A stretch of DNA of 64,000 nt from an uncultured Chloroflexia bacterium (GTDB taxonomy: Bacteria > Chloroflexota > Limnocylindria > Limnocylindrales > CSP1-4): the NCBI GenBank assembly GCA_963813535.1, contig CAWEZH010000002.1, positions 416,001-480,000 on the forward strand. Direction: 5' to 3'. The translations under genes were made by a program, and so were the position numbers. Below the pieces are notes generated by a model. It did no database searches. It was given only the letters and a program-made list of their open reading frames with translations, and was not told where the DNA came from. Shown in pieces: positions 21,101-30,200 of this stretch (positions are counted from its first letter, which is position 1; every line of letters begins with the position of its first letter).

Positions 21101-21928
21101 CTAGGCGGCGTCGAACGCGTCAACCAGGAGCCTGATTGATCGGTATGGCTGCGCGTCCGAACCCCTGAATAGCTGGATCTTGATCTCTTGGTCGTCTCCC
21201 GGCGTGGGCACGGTGAAATCGACCATGCCGGTCCACGTATTCCCTGGCTCCACGGAGATGGGGTCCGTCGCCGCGAGGCGCTTCGACGCAGATTCCACGA
21301 CGATCCGATAGGGCTGGGCCGAGCCGTCGTGGTTGGAGATACCCACAGTGATCGTGGTAGGAGTTCCTGACGGGACGCGTGCCGGCAGTCCTTCAGCCGT
21401 ACCGTCCGGGCCGAGCACGAAGAACTCGGTCGTTCGGGATGGAGCAGCGATGCCGAGAGCGAGCAGCGCCACGACCAGGACGACGACCAACCCAACCGCG
21501 ACACCCGCCCAGCGACCACCCACCCCCCGCCACCGCGAGGGATCTAGCGGGGCGGTCCCGGAGGGAGGGCCGGCGGCCCGACGACCCCTCCGCCGCCACC
21601 AGGCAACCGCTGTCGCGAACAGCGTAACGGCACTCACCGCACCGACGATCGAGTCCGCCGTTAATCCGCCAGGGCTGAGGTTGAGGAACGGCGCCACGAA
21701 GACGATGATGCCGAACGAGAGACTGAACGTGAGCGCCGATCGCTCGAGGGCGTCGAGCTCGCCGGGCGGGAAGAGCGCCATGCTGACGCTGTAGCCCGGT
21801 AGGACCAGAGCCGCGACGATGCCGACCGGCAGTCGCAGGAGGACCGGCAACTCGAGAACGGCCATCGCCATTGCAAGGAGGCATCCGAGCGTGACAAGCA
21901 GAAGGTCGAAATTGGCAGGCCACCTCAT
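21101..21928 (-). CDS. DUF1616 domain-containing membrane protein
   Basis: LVLPGYS..ALFP, LERSALTFSLS, TEFFVLG, VGISNH and PYRSIRL match DUF1616; ATG 21928 (MRWPANF). Confidence 0.8.
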   Translation of the reverse strand: MRWPANFDLLLVTLGCLLAMAMAVLELPVLLRLPVGIVAALVLPGYSVSMALFPPGELDALERSALTFSLSFGIIVFVAPFLNLSPGGLTADSIVGAVSAVTLFATAVAWWRRRGRRAAGPPSGTAPLDPSRWRGVGGRWAGVAVGLVVVLVVALLALGIAAPSRTTEFFVLGPDGTAEGLPARVPSGTPTTITVGISNHDGSAQPYRIVVESASKRLAATDPISVEPGNTWTGMVDFTVPTPGDDQEIKIQLFRGSDAQPYRSIRLLVDAFDAA

Positions 21929-23040
21929 CGCCCTCGACCGCCGGAAGCCCTCGACCGTGTCGACCAGCGACCCGACAGCGACCAGTTCGACGGCCGTCGC
22001 GGCACCGTCTCCGCTGGCCACGGCGGTCGCGCCTGCGTCGGCTGCGGTGTCACCGCCGTTCGATGCCACGCCGGCGCCCGGTGTCGCCGAGTCAGCTGGT
22101 GCCTGGCGGACGTCCCCGGCCGATCGAGGCAGGATCGACGGCCGTCGATCGGTCGAGTTCGTATAGGCGGGTCGCACGATGCCGACGATCTCCGCGCTCC
22201 GGCCTTTGCTGAGCGCTGTGATCGGGATGTGGGCGCCCCGTTGGCCCACGACGACGAGCCGCTGCGCTCCGATCGCGATCTCGGCGCGCCACCGCTCGCC
22301 GCGCTTGCGCACGCTATCCACGCGACCGGAGATCGCCACGAGCTGCCATGTGTGGGCGGACGTCAGCGGTCCCGCGATCCGCAGCGGTGTCGGCACTGCC
22401 GCTGATCCGCGCCGCTCGACGGACGTCGCTCGCAGCCGCGGAGCGCCGTATGCCGTCCCGACCGTCCCGATGGCCCTGATCCGGGCGCCGATGCCCGGGG
22501 CGCCCACCCCCTTCGGCAGGAGGACTTCGATGGCGCCGGTCGAGTCCTGTACGACGATTCGGCGCCCGCTGGCATCGAGCAGGTTGGCGGAAGCCGTCAC
22601 GACGGCCTCGACTGCAATGTCGCGATCGCCGACCCGTAAGGCCGACGCGATTGGGATGACGGAGGGCACGTCCAGCGACGTTCTCGGCGTTCCGGATGCC
22701 TTCGGCGTCGGCGTCGAATCAGCAGCGAGCAGCATGACATCCCAGCCGTCGTCTGCCCGAGCACCAAGGTCCCGCCTTTGTCTCGGCGGTCGCAACGGGA
22801 TCAAAAGAGCCATTCTGCCATTGGTTCCCGGTCGGAACGGCCAGACCGCGTGACCTTCGCCGAGCCCGCTGGGGGTCGCCCCGGACGTCCACGGGCGGGG
22901 CCGCTGGTGGAGTGCAGCGTCTCGGAGGCCCACACCCGCCTGGCGCGATGACACGAGCCCCCGGGCGTCGGGGGAGGCGCCGGTCGCTCCGTACACCCGG
23001 CGGTTCGAGCGAGTCGAAACCGTAAGCCTCCCGCTGGAGT
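21929..23040 (-). pseudogene. Remnant of an OB-fold-repeat surface protein, in frame with DUF1616
   Basis: VEAVVTA..RRIVVQDSTGAIEV..GARIRAIGTVGTAYGAPRL and a second OB-like unit (LVAISGRV..AEIVGIVR..ILPRSAGDV); the upstream part looks decayed and has no signal peptide. Confidence 0.55.
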
Positions 23041-23074
23041 CGGTGCCAGGCGTCGCGGTGCGGTTCGTGTCGCC

Positions 23075-23536
23075 ATGCTGCCACCGATCACGTCGGGATG
23101 ACGTCTGTACCCCCTTGACGCCGTACTGATGACTATGAAACTGTACGCTTCGAGGGGGAGCGCGCGACCAGTTCCGTGCCCCAACCATCTGCGGACCAGG
23201 ATCCGATGGCGACTCACCGTCGGGTCTTGCAACCTGTCGGGTCTTGCAACCTATCTTCCAGCCGGGGGAGGTGGGTTCGATAGGGGTGACACGGACGTCT
23301 CGCAGGGTCGGCGAATCGCCATGATCGCGGTCGTTTGCGCCGGGCCCCACCTGGGGATGAGCGTCGCGAATGACGCTGCCAGCCTGACGCTACCGACGTC
23401 CACCACGCTCCCAGTCCGTCGGGTCGAGAGCGCCCGGGCAAGGCAGCGTGATCGCATCGTGGGCGAGGGGTCCTGCCGATGGTAGTCGCCGTTGCTCCGG
23501 CCCGGGCGGGTCGAGCGATCGTGCGCATCTTCACGC
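23075..23536 (+). repeat. Copy 2 of the ~450 bp non-coding direct repeat, with a 17 bp internal tandem duplication
   Basis: Matches 18243-18691; GTCGGGTCTTGCAACCT x2 at 23219-23252; TTGACG at 23115. Confidence 0.9.
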
Positions 23537-23795
23537 TGTCATGCCGACGTCTCGACACACGAGCGTCAGCGGGTCGCAGTCCACGGAGCAATCCTGAACG
23601 ACCCAGAATGACATTGATGTCGCGCCGCCTACTCCGCGGCCTTGGTACTTAGTACACATGCTGCGCTTCTTTGAGGCAGAGTCGTCAGACGTCGCGATCG
23701 CCCACCGGCACGTGACCTACGCGTTCCCCGCCACTCCAGGGATTTGCGGTCCTCGGTCGGGACCAGTGCGAGATTACGCGCGAGCCGGCGGACTT

Positions 23796-25106
23796 GTGAA
23801 GCGGGACGCCTCCTCGAGTGGTCCAGATCGTAAAGAGCGAGATGCCGGTCGCACTTCCCCAGATTCGCCGGTCCGTCGACCAGTACGTCCCGTTGGTCCT
23901 TCCACAGGCGCGAGCGATTCGCCTCTCCCGATCGTTCTCGCGCTCATGGCCTTCTACCCACCCGCCTATCGCGCTGGAGGACCGCCGCGCACCGTGCCAA
24001 GGATCGTGGATGAGCTCAGCGATGAGTTCCGGTTCCTCGTGATCACGCGAGATCGAGATCTCGGTGTCTCGACGCGATTGGCCGGCGTCGTGCCCGATCG
24101 TTGGGTCAACTACGGGAGCGCTCGCTGCCTGTACCTGTCGACGCGGCGTCGGCTGATGGGGGGCCTCATCGCCTCGGTTCGGCGTTCGCAGCACGACGCC
24201 CTGTATCTCAACAGCCTATTCTCGATCGAGTTCAGCTTGATCCCGCTCTTGTTTCGCCAGCTTCGCTTCGTGCCGCGACGGGGATTGGTGATTGCGCCGC
24301 GGGGCGAGATGGACGATAGCGCCCTCGCGATCAAACGCCGGAGAAAGCGGCTCTATATTTGGTGTGTCCAACAGCTGCGCCTACTTGACGATGCGATCTG
24401 GCACGCCGCCAGCAAGGAAGAGGCCCAGTCCATCGGCCAGCGGTTTGGCACGCAGACCCGAGTGGCGATCGCCTCTGACATTCCGATTCGGCCCAGCATG
24501 GCAGCAAGCCAGACTCCGAAACAGGCAGGGACTCTTGAGGTGATCTTCCTGAGTCGAATCGCTCGGATGAAGAACCTTGACTTCGCAATCGCCGTGCTTG
24601 CCGCAATCAGAGGCGGCGTGAACTTCAACGTCTTCGGTCCTATCGAGGATCGACAATATTGGGCTGATTGTCAGCGCCTTGCTGTTCGGCTCCCCGGCAA
24701 CGTGAGGCTCCGTTATCGAGGGCTGGTCAAACCGGACGAGGTCACCCAGGTCATCGAGCGTCACCACCTTTTCTTCCTGCCCTCACAAGGCGAGAGCTTC
24801 GGACATGCGATCGTGGAGTCGCTCATGGCCGGGTGCGCGGTCCTGATCAGCGACCAGACTCCTTGGCGCAACTTGGAAGCACGGCGCGCAGGATGGGAGC
24901 TCCCACTATCACGCCCGGATCTCTTCTGCGAGGTCATCGAACGATGTGTCGGCATGACCCAGGCAGAGCTTGCGACGTGGTCGGCTGGCGCGCGACAGCT
25001 GGGTCGCGAGATCGCAGACGATCCGACCCTTGACGCAGCTTATCGACGGATCTTTAGAGCAGCGCTCAACACCGGCCAAGAGGGGCAGCTGACGCCTCAG
25101 GGCTAG
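23796..25106 (+). CDS. Glycosyltransferase family 4
   Basis: FYPPAYRAGGP, APRGE, FLSRIARMKNL and PSQGESFGHAIVES motifs; start uncertain (23658, 23796 or 23946). Confidence 0.88.
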   Translation: MKRDASSSGPDRKERDAGRTSPDSPVRRPVRPVGPSTGASDSPLPIVLALMAFYPPAYRAGGPPRTVPRIVDELSDEFRFLVITRDRDLGVSTRLAGVVPDRWVNYGSARCLYLSTRRRLMGGLIASVRRSQHDALYLNSLFSIEFSLIPLLFRQLRFVPRRGLVIAPRGEMDDSALAIKRRRKRLYIWCVQQLRLLDDAIWHAASKEEAQSIGQRFGTQTRVAIASDIPIRPSMAASQTPKQAGTLEVIFLSRIARMKNLDFAIAVLAAIRGGVNFNVFGPIEDRQYWADCQRLAVRLPGNVRLRYRGLVKPDEVTQVIERHHLFFLPSQGESFGHAIVESLMAGCAVLISDQTPWRNLEARRAGWELPLSRPDLFCEVIERCVGMTQAELATWSAGARQLGREIADDPTLDAAYRRIFRAALNTGQEGQLTPQG

Positions 25107-25192
25107 CCATGCCACAACGTCCACAACAGCGGTCTGTACGCTGCTGGCCGGTCGGCGATAACAGGCTCATGGGAGGACTTTGGAGATCACAG

Positions 25193-25366
25193 ATGGCCCC
25201 TCGTCCGGTCCTTGTGTATGACATGACAAAGCCCGAAATCGAGTCGGCGGTGCCCGACATGCACACTCTGGCGCTGCCCGTGGCGATCCGTATCGACTCG
25301 TCGTTGTTTCAACGGCTTGAAGGGACGAGCGATGACGACCTCGCCCAGTGGGGTACGGCGACGTGA
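25193..25366 (+). pseudogene. Short ORF resembling the N-terminus of a creatininase-family protein (truncated)
   Basis: LVYDMTKPEIESAVPDMHTLALPVA resembles the creatininase start (xxMTxxEI...LPVG) but lacks the EQHG motif; GGAG upstream. Confidence 0.35.
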
Positions 25367-26280
25367 GCCGCATCCTTATCACGGGCGCATTGGGCGCGGT
25401 CGGGGCACGATTGTGGCGCCTGCTGCAGGAGCGCGGACACGAGGTTCACGGTTGCGACCTCAGACAAACCGATCTCCCGAATTACGACCGGTGTGACGTC
25501 GCGGACTATCGACTCCTCGATTCTCTGTTCGACGAGCACAGTTTCGACGTTGTCTATCACGCTGCGGCCGAGTTCGGTCGCCTTAATGGCGAGCGTCATT
25601 ACGAGTCACTCTGGCGAACGAACGCCATCGGGACCAAAAACATCCTGCGGCTGCAGGAAGAACGCCGATTTCGACTGGTCCTGTTCTCGAGTAGTGAGGT
25701 CTACGGCGATTGGCCGGGCGTCATGGCCGAAGAGGTGCTCGACGAGCACCCGATCAAGCAGATGAACGACTACGCGATCACCAAGTGGGTGAACGAGCTG
25801 CAGGCGTTGAACTCTGCGGCCCAATTCGGCACCGAGACCGTCAGGGTCAGGCTCTTCAACACCTACGGACCTGGCGAGTACTACTCCCCGTTTCGAAGCG
25901 TGATCTGCATCTTCATCTATTGCGCCCTGCACGACCTTCCGTACACCGTGTACCTGGGCCACCATCGCACCAGCACCTACATCGATGACACTGTGCGGAC
26001 GCTGGCCAACATCAGCGACAACTTCGTGCCGGGCGCCGTATACAACATTGCCGGCGATGAGTACCACGACATCAAGTCCGTGTCCGACCTCATCCTGCAA
26101 AAGGTCGGCAAGGACGACCACCTCGTCACCTACATGCCAAACGAAGCGCACAACACGAAGGACAAGCGAACGGATGCGACCCGGGCCCGCGTCGATCTTC
26201 GACATGAGCGGACCGTCGGGCTCGAGGAAGGGATCGACCGGACGATCGCTTGGCAAAGGGCAACCTATGACGTCCGGTAG
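25363..26280 (+). CDS. NAD-dependent epimerase/dehydratase
   Basis: ILITGALGAVG, SSSEVYG, YAITK and FNTYGPG motifs. Confidence 0.92.
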   Translation: MSRILITGALGAVGARLWRLLQERGHEVHGCDLRQTDLPNYDRCDVADYRLLDSLFDEHSFDVVYHAAAEFGRLNGERHYESLWRTNAIGTKNILRLQEERRFRLVLFSSSEVYGDWPGVMAEEVLDEHPIKQMNDYAITKWVNELQALNSAAQFGTETVRVRLFNTYGPGEYYSPFRSVICIFIYCALHDLPYTVYLGHHRTSTYIDDTVRTLANISDNFVPGAVYNIAGDEYHDIKSVSDLILQKVGKDDHLVTYMPNEAHNTKDKRTDATRARVDLRHERTVGLEEGIDRTIAWQRATYDVR

Positions 26281-26417
26281 ATGGGCGGGCCGATCGCTCG
26301 TGGCCGGTGGGACCGCAGCCCTAGTTGTGCTTTCCGGCGCGGCGTAGACGACCTTGACCTGTATCGATCCCGTCGGAACCCATTTGGGGCATCGCTGCTG
26401 CAGGGCGCAGTAGAGTC

Positions 26418-27692
26418 GTGGAGGCACGGGCTCAGGATCCGAGGGTGGCAAGCCGTCGCGACCCCGACGCGCCCCTCAGGATCCTGGTTGTTCAGGAGAC
26501 GGATTGGATCGATCGAAATCCGATCCTTCACCATCGGATGCTGGAGTCACTCTCGATCGGCGGAGATGACATCACGGTCTTGGACTACGAGACCCTTTGG
26601 GGCCGCAGCGGGAGGTTGCCGCTCTGGCAGCGCCGGCGCGTCTGGACGGATGTGTCGAAATTCCTTCCCAGCTCACGCATCGACGTCATTCGGCCGGCGA
26701 TGCTCCGTGTGCCGGGGTTGGCGCGTCTCTCTTGGCTTCTTGCCACGTGGCGGGAGCTGAGGCGGTACATGCACGCTGGTCGACCCGACGTGATCGTTGC
26801 GTATGGGATCACGAATTCGTTTCTCGCACGCCTCGTCGCGCGCAGGCACCGCATCCCGTTCATCTTCCACCTATTCGACTCGCTCCATGCGTTGGCGGAG
26901 CCCGTCGCATTGCGTCCGCTCGCAGCATTCGTCGAGGGCGTGGTACTGCGGTCAGCGGATCGCGTCGTGATCGCGCATCGGGCGCTGAGCGGCTACGTGA
27001 CCCGCATGGGAGTCCGGCCTGAACGCGTGATTCTGATCGCCAACGGCGTGACTCGGCGACAGCCGGAACCATCAACGCGCGCGGCCATGCGGTTGCGACT
27101 CGGCATCGCAGACGGCGAGGTCGCGCTGCTCTTCGTAGGGTGGCTGTACCGCCACAGCGGTCTGGTCGAGCTCGCCCTCGAGCTCGCGGGGGACATCACC
27201 AGATACGCCAGATTCAAGGTCGTCGTCGTGGGAGACGGAGATATAGGCACTACCCTAGCAGAGATCAAGGCGGCCAAGGGCCTAGGTGATCGCCTGATAT
27301 TGACTGGGCGACGGCCGGTTGGCGAGATTGCCGACTTCATCGTTGCGTCGGACCTGTGTCTCGTGCCTTCAATGCCGGACAAGGCGATGCGATACGTCGT
27401 TCCCTCCAAGGTCGATGAGTACATCGAAGTCGGTAGGCCCGTAGTCTCGACGCGACTCGAGGGAATGCTGGCGGAGTTCCGCGACATGGCTGGCATCATC
27501 TGGGTGGATGACGCGGCGGAGGTCCTGCCCCGCCTGGATGAACTGTTGTCAGGACCGCGGAAATCGAGCGACGTGCTCGCTGAGCTCTCTCGAGCGTGCG
27601 CGGAGTATGTGGCAACTCGTGAGGACTGGGAGACTGTGACGGGTCGTTTCCGGGCCGTTCTCACAGATGCAACCTCTCGATCCCGTGGCTGA
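26418..27692 (+). CDS. Glycosyltransferase family 4
   Basis: LIANGV, LLFVGWL, VVGDG and PSKVDEYIEVGRPVVST motifs. Confidence 0.88.
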   Translation: MEARAQDPRVASRRDPDAPLRILVVQETDWIDRNPILHHRMLESLSIGGDDITVLDYETLWGRSGRLPLWQRRRVWTDVSKFLPSSRIDVIRPAMLRVPGLARLSWLLATWRELRRYMHAGRPDVIVAYGITNSFLARLVARRHRIPFIFHLFDSLHALAEPVALRPLAAFVEGVVLRSADRVVIAHRALSGYVTRMGVRPERVILIANGVTRRQPEPSTRAAMRLRLGIADGEVALLFVGWLYRHSGLVELALELAGDITRYARFKVVVVGDGDIGTTLAEIKAAKGLGDRLILTGRRPVGEIADFIVASDLCLVPSMPDKAMRYVVPSKVDEYIEVGRPVVSTRLEGMLAEFRDMAGIIWVDDAAEVLPRLDELLSGPRKSSDVLAELSRACAEYVATREDWETVTGRFRAVLTDATSRSRG

Positions 27693-27755
27693 GTCTCGCC
27701 CTCCATCGGAGCGCACCGCGCTAGGCCCAGGAGTGAATCATCGACACGGGCGGCG

Positions 27756-29144
27756 ATGCCCGAGCTGATTGAGACCAGGTTGACAGGTCCGAGCGGTACC
27801 GAGCGTGAGAACGGGCACAATCGCCCGGAGCGGACGGCCGACGAGCAAGCCAGCGCAGTCTCGATCGTACTGGCCACCTTCAACGGCGAGCGGTTCTTGG
27901 AACCGCTTCTCGAGAGCCTCGCCGACCAGACGATCGCGCCTCGCGAACTGGTCGTGGGCGACGATGGGTCGCAGGACAGGACCCCTGAGATCGTGTCGGA
28001 GTTTGCCCGTAGGGCTCCGTTCCCGGTGACATTCACGCAGAACGAGCATCGCCTCGGTTTTGCCGACAGCTTCCTCGCACTGGCACGCACCGCCGTCGGC
28101 CCATTGCTCGCGTTCTGTGATCAAGACGACGTCTGGCATCCTGCGAAGCTTGAACGAGCCAGCGCCTGGTTCCATGATCCCGAGGTCGGGCTCGTTCTGC
28201 ACCGAAATCTCCTGGTCGATGAGTCGCTGCAGTCGCGCGGGCAGCGCTTCCCGCCGATCCGAAGGACCGAGATCCGAGGCCCGCGCCGGGTCGACCCGTG
28301 GTTCCCTTGCCCAGGCATGGCCATCGTCGTCCGGCGCTCCCTCCTCGACCAGGTCGCGGGACAGGCACGGCCACCGTCGCGGGACTTGGACGGGCACCCG
28401 ATGGACCATGACGAATGGGCATACCTCGTATCGGCCAGCCTGGGCAGCACGGTCCTTCTGGCGGAGGATCTGGCCTCCTACCGACAGCATTTTCAGAGTT
28501 ACCTTGGCGCCCCCGCAGCTGGCCTGCGTGAACAGATCGAGCGGGGTTTGCGATACGGCGCGCGCGACTACCTGCGGCCGCGCGCCGAGATGTACCAGGC
28601 GCTGGCCGAATTCTGGGATGCCTTTGCCCACGATACGGGACGACCCCGTCCTGTTGCAGATCGAGCCGCCGCTTCGGCGGCCTGGTATCGGCGCCTGGCT
28701 GCGAGCCAGTCCGCCCGGGCCAGCATCCACGACACCCGAGTCGGACGGGCCAAGCGCGCCCTGCGCGCACTTCGGCTCATAGCGACCGGGGTCTACCGGT
28801 CTCCGATCGCCGGTGGAGTGGGCGCTCGCGCGCTAATCGGGGACATCTTGGAGTTGATCGGCCCGGCACAGGCGGCTCCGATCGAGATCAGTCGGGACGT
28901 CGCGGCTCGCATCCTTCGGGCACGCGCGGCGGGACGCCGGCCAGAGGCGGTAGCGGAGGAACTCAGCCGCGAGAAGGTGCCCCCACCGTATGGTCGACGA
29001 TGGTCGGTCGCGATGGTGCGCGACTTCGCGTTCCAACACGAGCGAGAGGTGGAACGGGCAGCGGCCACCCCGAGCAGGGTTGGTGTGGCTTCGTTATCGA
29101 CCGATGGCCCGCCTGGACACAATCAGGAGCGACCGAGCTCCTGA
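27756..29144 (+). CDS. Glycosyltransferase family 2 (rhamnosyltransferase-like) with a C-terminal recombinase-type DNA-binding domain
   Basis: VSIVLATFNGERFL, GDDGSQDRT, FCDQDDVWHPAKL, HDEW and YRQH motifs; tail VAARILRARAAG..VAEELSREKVPPPYGRRWSVAMVR. Confidence 0.85.
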   Translation: MPELIETRLTGPSGTERENGHNRPERTADEQASAVSIVLATFNGERFLEPLLESLADQTIAPRELVVGDDGSQDRTPEIVSEFARRAPFPVTFTQNEHRLGFADSFLALARTAVGPLLAFCDQDDVWHPAKLERASAWFHDPEVGLVLHRNLLVDESLQSRGQRFPPIRRTEIRGPRRVDPWFPCPGMAIVVRRSLLDQVAGQARPPSRDLDGHPMDHDEWAYLVSASLGSTVLLAEDLASYRQHFQSYLGAPAAGLREQIERGLRYGARDYLRPRAEMYQALAEFWDAFAHDTGRPRPVADRAAASAAWYRRLAASQSARASIHDTRVGRAKRALRALRLIATGVYRSPIAGGVGARALIGDILELIGPAQAAPIEISRDVAARILRARAAGRRPEAVAEELSREKVPPPYGRRWSVAMVRDFAFQHEREVERAAATPSRVGVASLSTDGPPGHNQERPSS

Positions 29145-29261
29145 TTTCAGCCGGCCTCGGCCAATCACCGACCCGCACGCGACCCGATGTACTTGCGTGG
29201 CGCCGTACATGGCATGCTGGCACCTCTGTGAATCGCGCCCGTGCGTGAAGGAGCCTCAGTA

Positions 29262-30200
29262 TTGACGTCCCTCGTAACCGGCGGAGCCGGCTTCATCGGT
29301 AGCAACCTGGTCCGACACCTTCTCGAGGAGGGATCCGAGGTCGTGGTCATCGACGACCTTTCGACCGGCCTTCGCGAACACCTTCCGCGGTCGTCAAAGC
29401 TGACGTTCATCGAAGCGAATCTGTCCGAAGTCCCCGACCTCGACCGGCTTATCCGACGGTGTGAATTCGTTTTCCACCTTGCGGCACAGGTGGGGAATAT
29501 GCGGTCCATCCAGGACCCCGTGCGCGATGCGCAGACGAACGTCATGGCCACGGTCCGGCTCCTCGATGCCTGCCGGAACGGCTCGGTCAGGATGATCGTG
29601 TGCTCGGCCTCGGCTGCAGCGTTCGGTGAAGCTCAGACGATACCGATCACTGAGGACCACCCTCAACGACCCGAGAGCTTCTATGCGCTCAGCAAGATGG
29701 CGGCCGAGTGGTATGCCGTACTCGCTTCGAGTCTGCTCAAGTTGCCTGCCGTGTGTCTCCGATATTTCAATGTCTATGGATTGCCGTTCGCAAAAAGCGA
29801 GTACGCCGGGGTGATAGCCTCCTTCCTTGACTGTCTTCAGAGAGACCGACCGCTCGTGATCTACGGCGATGGCTCTCAGGACCGAGATTTCGTCTACGTC
29901 AAGGACGTCGTGACCGCAAACCTGCTCGCGGCCCGCAAAGGCACGCCGGGTGGCGTCTACAACATCGGCACCGGAACGGCGACCACCGTTCTGGAGCTCG
30001 CACACCTGATGAGCGAGCTGGCTGGTCGAACACCTTGGATCGATTTCCAACCGTTCCGGACCGGCGAGGTTCGTCACAGCATGGCCGGGATCGACCGCGC
30101 GCGCGCCGATCTTGGATACGCGCCTTCGTACGACCTCCGGGCGGGCCTCCTCGAGATCTGGGGCGAGTTATGGACAGGGACCGCCCGCGGCGACGTTTGA
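29262..30200 (+). CDS. NAD-dependent epimerase/dehydratase (UDP-glucose 4-epimerase-like)
   Basis: LVTGGAGFIGS, YALSK, LRYFNVYG and GDGSQDRDFVYV motifs; AAGGAG RBS before TTG. Confidence 0.93.
   Translation: MTSLVTGGAGFIGSNLVRHLLEEGSEVVVIDDLSTGLREHLPRSSKLTFIEANLSEVPDLDRLIRRCEFVFHLAAQVGNMRSIQDPVRDAQTNVMATVRLLDACRNGSVRMIVCSASAAAFGEAQTIPITEDHPQRPESFYALSKMAAEWYAVLASSLLKLPAVCLRYFNVYGLPFAKSEYAGVIASFLDCLQRDRPLVIYGDGSQDRDFVYVKDVVTANLLAARKGTPGGVYNIGTGTATTVLELAHLMSELAGRTPWIDFQPFRTGEVRHSMAGIDRARADLGYAPSYDLRAGLLEIWGELWTGTARGDV

Noticed and set aside
18243-23536. Repeat pair as IS elements of a composite transposon or as group II intron pieces
   Set aside because: No transposase or reverse transcriptase, no convincing terminal inverted repeats or target duplication, no domain V motif
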